A stretch of DNA of 64,000 nucleotides, taken from contig OZ024740.1 of assembly GCA_964016885.1 (NCBI GenBank), forward strand, positions 246,016,001 through 246,080,000, given 5' to 3'. Positions within the stretch are counted from its first letter, which is position 1, and every line of letters begins with the position of its first letter. The position numbers were made by a program, and so were the translations under genes. The stretch is from Eledone cirrhosa. Its lineage: Eukaryota. The notes beneath the pieces are model-generated. The model had not been told where the DNA came from and did no database searches. It saw only the letters and a list, made by a program, of their open reading frames with translations. Shown here piece after piece: positions 23,450 through 37,279 of this stretch.

Positions 23450-25792
23450 ATCATCATCATCATCACCGTTTTACGTCCGTTCTTCCACGCTAGCATGGGT
23501 TAGACGGGTTGTCCTGTTGTGGGCAGTGTCTGGTCGGCTGACCATGCCTTGCTCATACAGGAACTGATCTGGCTTGGTTTCTACAGCTGGATGCCCTTCC
23601 TAACACCAACCTCATTTACAGTGAGTGCTGGGTGCTTTTTCGTGGCGCCTACACGTCCACTTTACAGTGTGGGCTGGGTGCTTTTTTGCCGTGGCACCTC
23701 CACGACCACCTTGCGGTGGGGGGTGTGGGGGCATATTGTTTATATGCTTCAGCATGTACCCATGGGAGGTCGGGTACTCTGTATTACTGCGTGACGCCAG
23801 AAGTCACGGTCGTGTGTCATTGACTTTGAGAGGTGTAATTGGGTAAGGTTTGCTTTTATCACCTCATCCCAGGTCATCTTGGGTCTCCCCACTCCGCGGT
23901 TTCCATCAACTTCTAGTGCTCTGCACCTTTTTATGCAGCTGTCATCCTTCATACGCATCACATGTCCATACCAGCGCAACCGCCTCTCCTGCACACAGCA
24001 TTTGATTCCTCTTAATGCTCAGTCTCTCTCTCAATTCATTTATGCTTTGTCGTTCACGTATATTACTGTTACACATCCATCGGAGCATGCAGGCTTCGTT
24101 TCTCTCTAATCTACGTAAGTCTTCCACCTTCAGCGCCCAGGTCTCACTACCATGCAACATCGCTGTTCGGATACACGCATCATACAGTCTGCCTTTCATT
24201 CTGAGGGAGAAGCCTTTTGCAGCTAGCAGTGGTAGTAGTTCCCTAAACTTCTTCCATCCCGTTCTTACCCTAGTTATTGTACTTTCTGAACACCCACCTC
24301 CGTTGCTAATTCGGTCACCTAGGTAGCAGAAGCTGTCTACTGTTTCTACAGGGCCCTCCCAGAGATTGGTGGTACTTGTTTCCTGTGGCTGTTTGTTGCT
24401 TGCTGTTTCAGCACAGCTGCTGCATGTGAATCCTACATTCTTAATTAAGCTTCCTGAGATCCCGCTACATCTCTTGTGTACCCATTGTTTGCATTTGGGG
24501 CAGAGAATGGAGTTCCTACCTACACCTTTCCTACATACTGAGCAAGGCCATTTCCCTGAGGGGATCTGGGTTCTGTTTTCTCGTCTACTTACAAGGACCT
24601 TAGTCTTTGTCATGTTGACTTTGAGACCCTTTCTTTCTAGTCCCTGCTTCCAGGTTTGGAATTTATTCTCTAGTTCTACCATAGATTCAGCTATGAGTGC
24701 GAAGTCATCAGCATACAGGAGTTCCCATGGGCATCCAGTCTTAAACTCCTCCGTTATTGCCTGCAGGACTATGATGAACAGGAGAGGGCTAAGAACAGAG
24801 CCCTGGTGGACCCCAACCTGTACGCTAAATTCCTCGCTATACTCATTGCTAATCCTAACTTTGCTGACTGCTCCCCTATACATGGCTTGTACCGCTTTCA
24901 CAAGCCATTCATCTACTCCTAGTTTTCTAAGAGCCCACCAGATTACAACACGTGGAACTCTGTCAAAGGCTTTCTCAAGGTTGACAAATGCCAAGTAGAG
25001 TGGCTTACTTTTAGCTAGGTACTTTTCCTGTAATTGCCTCACAAGGAAGAGGGCATCAGTGGTGCCTCTTCCTGGTACAAACCCAAATTGCATCTCGTCT
25101 ATTTTCACCCGGTCCCTAATCAGCTGTGCTATAACTCTTTCTGTTACTTTCATGACCTGGTCCATCAACTTTATACCTCTATAGTTTCCTCTATCTAGTG
25201 CATCGCCTTTACCTTTGTAGCAGTTGACAATGATTCTACTGCACCAATCTTTTGGTATGGCCCCTTCTAGTATTACCTGGTTAACGATACGTGTGGTTAT
25301 AGTGTGACCTACAGACCCAGATGCCTTCAGCATCTCGGCAGCTATACCCGATGGACCGGTTGCCTTCCCCATCTTCATATCTTTGATTGCCTTACTACGC
25401 TGCTGCTGACTTGTACTGCTGGTCCCTCTATAGGGTCTACTTGGGGTAGGGTCTCTTCTTCCCATGCATTCTCCTCATTTAGTAATCTATCATAATGACT
25501 CTTCCATGCATCTTTCTTCTCAGCACTTGTGAGGGCAAGCTCACCTTTATCATTCCGGATACACTTCTCTCCAATGACATCACAACTATCTCTGACACAC
25601 TGCCTCGCAATCTTGAATACCTCCTGTTTCTGGTCCTCGCGTTGTAAAACATGCTTGAATTTTCTATCCTCTGCTTCCCTCCTAGCTAAGTATACTTGTC
25701 GCCTAGCTTCCCTCTTGGTCTCTATGTAATGTACCCTGCTCCCCCCGTTCTTCCATTCTTTCCATGCCTGTCTCTTGGCCTTAACTGCTTCA
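23450..25792 (-). mobile_element. RTE family A LINE, 5'-truncated, few frameshifts
   Basis: ORFs 23942-25465 and 23749-23994: [38 protein letters not shown] and a PHD-like Cys cluster. About 300-nt 3'UTR and (gat)n tail. Confidence 0.95.
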
Positions 25793-25921
25793 TATATATA
25801 ATAGTAGTAGTAATAACAGTGTTATTAAACAGAGTAGTTAAACTGCTTTACCAGTTGATTAAAAGCTCAGTGCAATGAGGGTCATGCAATTTCAAAAACA
25901 CCAAAGATTCAAGACATTGTC

Positions 25922-26016
25922 AAACTGACATATGTTTCTGCCGGCCTGAAATCTTCATTTAACATTTTATAACTTAACTCACAAGTGTTGATTCAGTGTT
26001 GGCATCATCAGAGTTT
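25922..26016 (-). ncRNA. Type I hammerhead ribozyme with large stem II insertion
   Basis: Minus strand: AAACT-CTGATGA-TGCC..CTGAA..TTCAG..GGCA-GAAA-CATATG-TC-AGTTT. The core is perfect and stem III is palindromic. Confidence 0.82.
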
Positions 26017-28485
26017 ATTTATGTATCCTCAATATTTCACATAAGTTAAAAGTTCATTACTTTAAGTACTTATTTATCATTCATTATAATAATAGATTAC
26101 AGGAATATAAAAAAAAATTTTCAAAGAATTAAAAAAAAAATTTTCAAAAATAATTTTAAAGCAATAACTTTAAAAATCCATTCAAAAATAGTTTAAGTTT
26201 AGCAATGCTATATTTTCTACGTTTTTGAGATTTAGAGAGAATTTTCCATTGTTACAATTATAGAGCTCTCCTCAAGATATATTTTCATGATTTCATTACT
26301 GAAAATCTTCTTTTAATAATGACTCTAAGCATATAAATCTTTCAAAGTAAAATCCCCTATAATTGTAACATTTGGCCTGACCATACTTGACCGCTCATCA
26401 TCACTCTTTATTACTATGTTCACCACTCCACTCTCTCTTATATAACTCCCTCTTTCACTTTCACTTTACTGTTTCACCCCACTACACTTGTCATACATCC
26501 GTTTCCATCTTAACTATCCCCTTCTATTCTTCTTACTCTCAAACACATTTGCCTTGCAACAAAATAGCCTTCCTAGTTGGAGCTATTATAAAATGCACCT
26601 GGTATATTCTGTAAAGTGGTTGACATTCAACCGATACCAATAGAGAGTAGGGAGAGCTCTTCATTTAAGTGAGTTACCTGATAACCTCTCTAGTGCTGAT
26701 GCCATAATAAAATGTACTTAATATACTCTGTAAAGTGAATGATGCCAGAAAGGCCATTGAGCTGTAGAAACCATGTCCAAACTGGAATGTATATAAGCAA
26801 GACTTAGCTTCCTGCTTAAGTTAGTAGCTCTGATTAAGTGCTGACTTGGTTTTTAATGAGCCTTCTAACTCATGCCTTCATGGAAAAACGGACTTAAAAT
26901 GATAATGATAATGATTCTACATAGTTAATGTTTGACTGTCTTTATGAAGGATTATACATAAAACACGTCCACTTCTCCATGTTGCTACAGGTTGGATGGG
27001 AGTTTTTACAACTGAGTTTTATAGCCAGAGGCCTTCGCATACACATATATGTGGTTATTTAAGGTTATTTTGAAATGAGTGTATGTGGGTAATCTGAACA
27101 TCAGCTTCTACACCCTTCCCCCTCTGTCTCATGTGAACCTATCAAATGTAAAACTGAAATATGTGTGAAAAACACAAACTAGTAGAAGAGAGGAATTTTT
27201 GCTGTGGGATTTCATACCTCCACTCCTCCTCTCCTACTGCATTTCCTCTGGAGTGCCAAGTACATTTGCAGGTGAGCTGTTGGTAATAGTAGTAATGGTA
27301 GTATCCAAGCTACTTTTCTATCTAGTTGGATTAAGGTCAAGGTGTTCTTCTTTTAACGTTCCACTTTTTACCATGCATTGTATTGCTGTTACCACCATCA
27401 TTCATGACAACTGCTGCTAATAATACTACTATCACTACCACCAGCACTGTTACAACAACAACTACACCACTATTGACTAGGTGGCAGAATCATTAGGTGA
27501 TCGGAATAAATAATACCTTGCAGTATTTTTCTGGTTCTCTGGGCTCTGAGTTTACATCCTGCGACAGTAACTTTGCCTTTCATCCTCTTGGGGTTAGTAC
27601 ATAGAATAATAGTTCAGGATGGTGGAATTGTTAATATATTAGATGGAATGAGCCATAACAACAATATCACTATTGAGTAGAGTTTGTAGTTGTCCCAAAG
27701 AAAGATGCTCTTGATCAGGGATCAGTATCAGGAGGACAGTTACCTACTGGTGGGCCTTGGACCATTTCAAATTTTTATATGTAAGATATGATATAATACA
27801 TGTGAGTATCTGGTTTAGACTAGGTACACCATATGCCTATGTATCATAAAAAGCGACTAAAAGGTGTAGTAGCAAGATGAGCATCCGGCAGTAAAATATT
27901 GCCTCGAAAGGTCCTTTCCAACTCATACCAGCATAGAAAAGTTGACATAAAAATTGTGATGATAGTGATGATTATAAATAAGGGTGATGGGCAAAACTTA
28001 AAAGATCAAAAATTAACCATTACAAAAAGAAGTTGTTGATCCCTGCTCTACATGGTCACTTGATTTGCTAGAAATAGCGACCAAATCACCCTCCTATAAC
28101 AGCCTACTGACTAAAAGAAAAAAAAAGCAAAAAAAAGCAAGGACATGTTGGAATATGTAGTATGAAAATTGTATAGTCAATGCTGGAATGCTTTTGATGA
28201 TTAATCTGATCCGTAATGACCTGCGATTAAACAACAACATTTTATTACTCGTAGTAATATTACTACCACCACAATTACTGCTTCTGCTACTACTACTAAT
28301 AATAATAATAATTTCTGATTTAGGCACAAGGCCAACACATTTAGGAAAGGGATGTCGATTAAATCGACCCACTTTATTTTATCGACCCTGTAAGGATGAA
28401 AGGCAAAGCTAACCTCAGCGGGATTTGAACTCAGAACGCAAAGGGACGTAATTCTATGCCGCAAAGCTTAGTGTCCGATGCTCTA

Positions 28486-29222
28486 TCTATACTATAATAA
28501 TGAGAAGAGTGCGGGACAGCATCCGTTTTATATTTTTTAATCAGTTAGTAAAATAAGTTGGATTACTTTGAATGAATAATTGTTTCTACTTTTGGCACGA
28601 GGCCAGCAATTACCCAGTGCATTACTGGTACTTTATTTTATCGACCCTGTAAGGATGAAAGGCAAAGTTAACTTCGGCGGGATTTGAACTCAGAATGATA
28701 AAGGCCGTAACTCTATGTCCGACCCTCCACCGACACTGCCAATCCACCACCCCTTTACTTTGAATAAATAATAAATGAATATTACATAGTTTGTGTACTA
28801 AATTTCGTTGATGTTGATTTAACATAAATATTCTTATATATAATGATTGCTTATTTCAAGATTCACTTCTTCTAAAATTTTCAAATGTCAATACTTCCGG
28901 TTATGATGTAACGGACGCTATATCACATATCGCTTATATAAACATTCATATATTTGCATTGTTATATCATAATGTTTATATTTCTGTTGCTAATTTTCTC
29001 TCTTTTTGTTTTCATTACATTTCACCGTAATGCAGTTTATATATAATATCGTCTTTTTTAAATGTATCATAGATTACTTTACTGATTACAGAAGCGAGTG
29101 TAATACAGTCTCTCTTCAATTTCTGTGCATATTGTCAATTACGATTTCATTTGATGTATCATATCTACATGCATATAATATTACTAGCAGAAAAACCACC
29201 CGAATGATGGTTTTTCTGCTAG
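28486..29222 (+). mobile_element. Non-autonomous Helitron containing a nested SINE
   Basis: A|TC...hairpin (ctagcagaaaaacca..tggtttttctgctag)-CTAG|T; related to 44527-45025. Confidence 0.85.
28580..28755 (-). mobile_element. tRNA-derived SINE with ~18-bp TSD
   Basis: Flanked by ttactttgaat(g/a)aataat on both sides. Same family at about 28305-28485, 29672-29860, 38975-39138, 46505-46665, 47812-48020 and 48837-49015. Confidence 0.85.
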
Positions 29223-29867
29223 TAATAATAATAAAGGCAATCAAGGACCAAATGAATCAAATATCCCTCTAACAATTCCTCATATTCACTGCCCTGGACT
29301 AATACTTCGTTTAATCAACCCCCCGAAGGTAGAAGTTGAACTCAATGTAAAAAGCCAAAACAAATACTACAAGGCATCTTGTCCTTTGGACTATTGATTC
29401 TGCCAATTTACCTATGGATAAAAGACAAAATTGACCTCAATGAGATATCTATATATGGTCTGCCTGTCTATGCCTGCCCAGCTACCATGTCTCCCTGTCT
29501 ATCTGGTTACGAGCTTGTTTGACTCTATCATTGTGTTTATGTCTGTCTGTCTACTTGTATGTCAGTGTGCCAGTCTGTCTACCATTTTGTCTGCATCTTT
29601 GACTACCTATAAAATTGATGGTCTCTATCAATGGTCCTGTATGTGTGTTTTATTTAAAATAAAATAATAATAATTGTTTCTACTTTTGGCACAAAGCCAG
29701 CAATTATCCCTGTGTATTACTGATACTTTATTTTATCGACACCGTAAGGATGAAAGGCAAAGTTAACCTCGGCGGGATTTGAACTCAGATCATAAAGGAC
29801 CATAATTCTATGCTGCAAAGCATGGTGTCTGACCCTCTACCAATACTGCCAATCCACCACTCATGCC

Positions 29868-30088
29868 ATGCTCAGGTGCACTACAACTCATCAAAGGTGC
29901 TTGTATAGTACATAGAATAATGTACAAATGTCAAGAAAGTGAACAGTGTATGAGTCCTGATATACACGCAGACACACATACATATGCATGTGTGTGTATG
30001 GAGGGGGAATATCAGGTGTAGTGTTGGTGAATTTCGGGAAGCATGGAAGTTTTGAAGGAGGTAGTGTCCCAACAGCTAACAACTGGTC
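29868..30088 (-). mobile_element. CR1 3'-end fragment
   Basis: Homologous to 31430-31650. Confidence 0.8.
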
Positions 30089-31406
30089 TGTGCATATGTT
30101 TGTCTGTGCTTATCTAACATGCTATCTACTACCTTGTTAACTGTCTACCTTGTGTGTGTCTCTCTCTTTATATATATGTAAATAAGACCTTTATTGCTCC
30201 AATCAGTTCCCAAACATTTAGCAAACACCCTAAACCGAATGCCAATCTGAACTCATGACTCCTACTAAACCAACCTGTGACTCACCCACCTTCCCAAACT
30301 TGGCATACCGAACCAGATCACAACAGCCACCAAATGGGGAAGACTGATGTTATCAAGTTATAGCTGTCATATTACGTAGTTTCTGAATAATAAAAATATG
30401 ATCTGTAGCAACTACAACGTAATAGGCCATGCTCTACCTTCTCCTATTGTCTCTTGACTTTAAACCGACAAACTATCCACCTAGATGACGTGATGTCATG
30501 CATTGGGACATCAAGTTTGTACAACATAGCATTAAAAATAAATACCCAAACCATTAAAGAAATAAGTGAAATGAACCGAAGATGAATATCATAAATATGA
30601 TATCAAAAGGTGACTCAAAATGTCATTATTTACATACATATAAATATACACACATGAATGTAAAACATAGTTACGGTTAAAACTAAAACATTACAGTATG
30701 TTAAGAGTTATAAAAAAAAAAGACTGGATTTGAGGAACTCTGCCTAAAATTCTGGCTTTGTACTTATTTTAGAAACAATTATGCATTGTTTAGGAGAAAT
30801 ACTACAGCATTTTTCATCACATCTTTTCAGTTTTTCTTGACATTGTCACCATCTGATTAGATTCATACATCAGCACCTACTCAATTACTCACTCCTACTC
30901 TGTCACCTCCCTCACATACATCTAATTGTCCTCAACACATCAACACTGTCTCAAAAATAAGTTCTCTAGCATTGGGAACTTATTTGATGAACATACAGAT
31001 TTAGATAACCTTCAAGACAGTTTGGAATGTGTTCAGTTGGATTTTGTAAAAGTTAACTTTTAACTGAGAAAATGAAGAACACATAGGCAGTGTATTTCAA
31101 TATGGATATTGGAAGAGTTAAAGCTGTCACAGTTTTTGTCATAAACAAATGAAATAATATGACCCATATGAGGGAAAAAAAAATGTTTCCCTATAGATTT
31201 GAATATTTTAATCCTTTTTTTCTTTAACCCGTTTGATAGCAAGCCACCTGAAACCACCCTGGATTTATGATACAAAATTACTCATTTTAAAATGTTTATC
31301 CTTATACTAAAGCTTTCTGTCATAATTTTATTTATAAATTTTTAAGTTTATGTTCTAAATATCAGTTTACTAATGAAAAACTGAGTTATTTTATATTTTG
31401 TTATCT

Positions 31407-33330
31407 TCATAATGATAATGAAAATTGTGTGCAGTGCTCAGGTGCACAACAACTCATCAAAGGTGCATGTATAATATATAGAATATGTACAAAAGTCAGG
31501 AAAGTGAACAGTGTATGATATACACACAGACACACACACACATGCGTGTGTGTGTGTGTAGCGGGGGCAATATCAGGTGTAGTGTTGGCAAATTTCGAGA
31601 TGGAATGAAGCTTTGAAAGATGCAGTATCCCAACAGCTAACAACTGATGCAAGTAGTTTGTTCTACGCTTCAGTAACTCTGAGTGTGAAAAAATGTTTCT
31701 GAAAATTATGGGAGCTGTACTGTTTTCTGATTTTGTTAGCATGTCCTTGGGTGTTAGACATGGAATTCAAAAAGGTTGTTGTTGGGAAGATAGTTAATAA
31801 TCTTGTAGGTGTCTACCAAGTCAGTTGCCAGACATTGGAGCTTCAATGTATTCATGCCCAGGGAAGCAAGACATTCAAAGTATGGTAGATGCCTGATGGA
31901 GGGTATTCGTTTGGTTACGTATCTCTGAACAGTTTCCAGGAGATCAATATTCTGAGTAAGATAAGGGTTCCAGACTGGTGATGCAAATTCTAAGTGTGAA
32001 CGCACCATAGCTATATACAGCTTTAAATTGATAGCTGGAGAGCGGCTGACAAAGGTCTTACTGAGTGATGCTAAGACACACTCTGCTTTCTTGACAATTT
32101 AAAGAAGTGCTTTGTCCAATGCAAATTGCTGTTGACAATAATGCCCAGATCATGTTCACAAGAAGACTTCTTGAGATTGGTGTTGTGGAGGGAGTATGTG
32201 AAAGCTGGATTTTTCCTCCCAAAATGCATGGTGGTACACTTGTCCACAGCCAGCTTGAGTTGCCAGTCTGTAATCCATTGCTGCATTGTACCCATGTCTG
32301 ATTGCAGGAAAGATCTATAACTTAAAGGATCTGTTCTTTTTATCTCAAAGTACAGCTTGATGTCATCTACATATCTCAGCAGTGTGGCATTCTTCAAGCT
32401 GTCATTAATATATTCAACAAACAAAAGGGGACCAAGAACAGGTCCCTGTGGTGCACCAGATGTCATCTCATAGGGTGAAGAATGCTGCCCTAGAACCGTG
32501 ACTACTTCTTTTCAACTTACAATGAAGGACTTCAACCAGTTAATAAAGAGCATTTCTCACACCCATTGCAGAGAGGAGTTTGGCCATAAGTCTTTTGTGT
32601 TTCACAGAATTAAAAGCTTTAGCAAAGTCAAGATAAATAACATCTACCCATGAGCTGCCATCAGTGATTCAGGTAATGTCTTCAAGAAAGTCGATGAGTT
32701 GGCATCAGCAGCTGGAGTTGGGGATAAATCCAAATTGCAAGGGCTGGATAAGGCTGTGAGAGTTCCAGAATTTCTAGAGTGTTTCTCTGACACAGGACTC
32801 CATCAGTTTGGCAGCTAGTAATACTGATTGGACAATAGTTGACAGGAGACATGTAATCACCCTTTTTGAATAGAAGAATGACAAGGGCAGTTTTCCACTG
32901 CTTTGGTGTAACACCATTGTAAAGGTAGAATTGGTAGAAGAGTGAAAGCTTGTGCAGAAGAAAGTACTCACTATGTTTGAGAAGCAGGTACATAACACCA
33001 TCAAGACCAGGAGAGGCATAGTTGCGCTTATTCTTGAGGTCGTGTTGCAACATTGTAGGTGTAAATTCCATAGTTGCTATAGAATTTGATGTCAGAGGTG
33101 GTGGAGATGGTACATTTTGGTTGTCAGCAGTAAAAGTGCCTGCATAGCATTCAGCAATAAGTTATGCGCATTCTTTGGGATTGTCAGTAATCCGGTTAGT
33201 GTGGGGATTGTGAAGAGGACCAACTGGAGAGTGAGGTCTCTGCTTTGAATATACATATTTCCAGAACACTTTGCTGTCAGAGTTGGTTGCTATACACTGT
33301 TTAAATTCAAGCATTCCCTTTTTTGTCACC
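31407..33330 (-). pseudogene. CR1-clade LINE, degenerate RT and 3'UTR
   Basis: SPGLDG, NYCPISITS, SGAPQGPVLGPLLF, RYVDDIK, HDLGI, VRSHLEFASPVWNPY, LETVQR. Confidence 0.9.
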
Positions 33331-34160
33331 TGCTTGGTTAGATGATCTATTGCACTTTTTTCTATTAACCTTTGATCTAACCAGTCTGTATTCCTGTTCA
33401 GCATCACAACATTCTTTCCTGGCAAGATGGGAATGCTGCACTCATTGGCCATTTGGAGCTGTAAATTAATATTGTAACAGTACTAGCAGATAGCTAGGTA
33501 GAGTTATTGTGAAGGTGGATGGAAGGTAGTTATTGATTTTCTGTTAATTTTATCCTTCATTCAGCCAGAGTATAAATGTAATAAATACCAGTAATATAAC
33601 TAGGCCTATTGTATTTAAGTTTTTTTTTTTTTACACTTGCTTTTTTTATGTTGACATGGGCTGAACAAGACATTTTCAGGCATATTCTATGGCCTTATGG
33701 TCTTTTTGATGCTGACCCTTCTTTTTTTTTTCACTGATTTCTACCTATTGAGTCACTACGCTGTGGGGCGCATTGTTTCTGCAAGAAGTAATGTCAATGT
33801 GAAGACATACATTGAGATAAATATGCATCCAGGGCTTCCGTCCAGTTTCTGTCTACCAAATTTCATTCATAAGGTATTTCTGAACTGAAGGCCTGATACT
33901 TGCTGGGATTGAAGCTGAAACTATGTTGTTGCTAAGCAAACTTCTTAGTCACACAGTCTTGTCTGCATCTGTATACACAAAATAAATCAATTTTTCAGTA
34001 TTGGTAATTGATCATTAACAATCGTCTATATTCTAGATCTTTCTTTTCTTTTGGTTTTGGAAATTTGGTTTGAAGAGGAGAAAAAAATATATCTATTTTG
34101 TTAAATTTCTATAACAGTTTTAATTTAAATATCTCCTCTTTCCCTCCCTCTTCATCTATT

Positions 34161-34211
<51 letters not shown>

Positions 34212-35659
34212 CACATCCCTCATCTCTTTTTTCTACATTTCTTCCACTTATACCTTTTCTCCCTTCTATTCTCCTCTCTTGCTCACTCTTTTTTCCTTCT
34301 ATTCCTTTCACTCACACACTATCTTCTACTGTCTACCTTCTTTCCTCTTCCTTTTCTCTCACTCTTGCTCACCCTTTCTCCATCCATTCTCTTCATTCTT
34401 CTTCAAGCAGATATGTTTCACACACACACTTGATTGTGTCTACATATCCATGAGTGAACTTGTGTGTGCATACATGAGCATGTATGCATATATGCATACA
34501 TCCATGTGCATGCTTATTGTAATGAGCATGTTTTTTTTCTAAATGTGGGTGCACATGATTGCCTGTGTTTATGTGAGTCTATGTGAATGCATGTTTGTGT
34601 GCTTGCATGTTTGTATGTGTGTAAATGCATGTTTATGCACATGTATGTGTGAGTGATTACAAGTTACATATGTATGTTTATATAGAATGCATGTTTGTGT
34701 GCAAATTTGTATGTGTGTGTGTCCCTGTGTTTGTGAATGTATGTTTGTATGGAATGTATGTTTGTGTGCAAATTTGTATGTGAATGTATGTTTATATGGA
34801 ATGTATGTGTGTAGCTCTGTATGTGTGTTGGTGTATGTATATGTGTGTAGAATGATTCTTTGAGTGTCTACACATGTTCAAGTGTCCTTGACAATAACAT
34901 TTAAAAATATGCCATTCTCATTAATATTTTGTAATTTAAATTACCCCCATTTTTACACAACTCCTTTCAAAATTAATGTTTCTTTTTCAAGTAGTTTATT
35001 TTAAGTTTCTTCTTTGAATGTATACATTAAAAAAAACAAAAACAACAAAAAAAAACGGAAATAAGCTGATACTCATTCAATGATGATACTATCTGCCAGT
35101 TGCAACTCCTGGCAGGAGGCGGGATTTGAACTCAGAATACAGAGCTGAAACATAGTGCAGATCATCCAGTTGTGTATGTACATGTGTGTGTGTGTGTGTG
35201 TGTATATATATACACACTTGTTTATGTATATATTCATACGTGTGTGTATATATTCTCTCTCTGTGTCTCTGCCAGTCATTGGTTTATTAATGGATGTAGG
35301 CATGGCCATGTGGTTAAGAAGTTTGTTTCATAATCATGAGGTTCTAGGTTGGCATCATGGACAACTGTCTTACTATAATCTATGTTGACCCAAACCTTGT
35401 GAGGGAAATTGGGTTATGTATTTGAACCTGTAATTCAGAGATCTGACCTTGATACATAGTGTCATGATGATGGGAGCTTATAATTACATTAAGGGTGCAA
35501 GTGTCTGGAATATTCAACCAGTTATACTATAATAACAAACATTAGAATTAAATTACAATGGAAAAAGATAAAAAAACCATGCAAATATTAAACGTATTCA
35601 TATAAGGAAAAATATTTCACTCTTCAAATCCTGAAAATTAACTGCAGTCAAACTGTAGA

Positions 35660-36340
35660 TAACATAACAGTTATCCATATCACTGACATCATCAGAGTCG
35701 TAAATGCTGTCTGAAGTGTCACTATTTTCAAACAGAATGCCATCTTCTATGTCATTTAATGCATTACTGATGCCACATCTTTTTAAAAGATTTTACTACT
35801 ATTACAATTTTCACAGCATTCCATGATTTCAGGACCCACTTGCACACCTGAGCAATTGTTGGCTTTTCAAACAACCTGTTGATATTAGGTCATGGTCCGT
35901 GGCCCTCATCCACTGATTCCACTCTTCATTCATAAATGCCTTAAAGGGCTTTTTGATTGATATGTCCAGTGGTTGTAATTGGCTTGTTAAATCACCAGGT
36001 ATCACTGCCATTTTTGTTTTCAATTTCTGCACCCTTTCTTTAATAGTCATTGTTTTGTGGGCACAAAACTGGTCCCACTCAAGAAGGGAGTTTTTTTTAA
36101 GGAGGCCACCATAACGCCTTGACCAGACCTTATCTAACCATAACTTCACTCCTTCTTCATCCATCCACCTCTTTGGATGAACGTGAACAAAAATTCCATG
36201 TGATTTTGTCTTTTGGAAAAGTTTTCCTCTTGAAAATAAGCAGCAGTGGCAGTTTTTTTCTATCAGCACAACATGATAGTAGCGCAGTATAATGGGGTTT
36301 CTTATGTCCAGCTGTCTTTACACTTATGGTTTTGGACTAA
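35660..36340 (-). pseudogene. pogo/Tigger-family DDE transposase fragment
   Basis: WMDEEGVKLWL, LLEWDQFCAH, VIPGDLTSQLQPLDISIKKPFK and an acidic tail. Confidence 0.85.
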
Positions 36341-37279
36341 CTTTGCCTTCCATCAGTCTTGGGTAGATATAATAAGTACCAGGTATGTACCAGGGAGGTG
36401 AATCAATCAGCCTCTTCTCCCCATCTTTGGTATATAACTGGTCTTGTGTTGAAGTTAGGATTTGAACACTGAGAGTTGGAACAAATATTGCAAACTATTT
36501 TATCTGATGCTCTGATGACACTGTCAATTCTGAACTCCTTCACCAACATTCAACAGCAGTAGCAGATGGTCACAATCCTTTCCCACTAATTGCAGCTTTC
36601 ATAAGCAGTTGTGGTGCTCTGATTAGCTCTGGTCTTCAGTGGGATTTGAATCCTCAAGTGGAGTTTGAACTCAGAATGCAAAGTGTAGAAACAGATACAA
36701 GTTATCTTGTCTGATGCTCTAACAATTCTGTTAATCAATTACCATGAACTGATACTTTATTTTATCAAACCTGAAAGAATGAAAGGCAAAGCTGACTTCA
36801 GCAGGATATGAATTTAGAGTGCAGCATACTGGTACAAATACAAGTTATTCTATCCTACACTCTTTATCATCTTTAAACATGTTAGAAAATATGAGATTGT
36901 TGTAGTTAGTTTGCTCGAAACATTGTAGAAAGTGTTTTTTTTTTTTTTCCAGTGTTTTAAAAATGTATTTTGTGAGCATTTTCTACAATCTTTTGTATTT
37001 GGTTTAGAATAGGTGCACCATATACTTGTGTGTCTTAAGAAGTGACTAAAAGAGTTGGAGACGGTTTTAGGGGCCTAGCATAAGGTCATAGGGGTTGCTA
37101 TGTTTTCTGACTAAGCCAAATTCTTTTTGGCAAGAATTAGCAGTCATTAGAGTTTAAGACAAAATTTCCATAATGTATTTGTTCTGGTTCTCTGCACTAA
37201 GTAGTAGTAATTCAACCATGGCTTTAGGGAGAATTTATAACATTTTATTAGTTTATTGTATGTTTCAACACTGGAAGAA

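Noticed and set aside
26825-26862. TAGCTCTGATT..TGAGCC match to the candidate PLE motif
   Set aside because: It lacks the upstream block and hairpins and sits in a decayed SINE/RTE tail. It is treated as chance and is a caution for the top finding.
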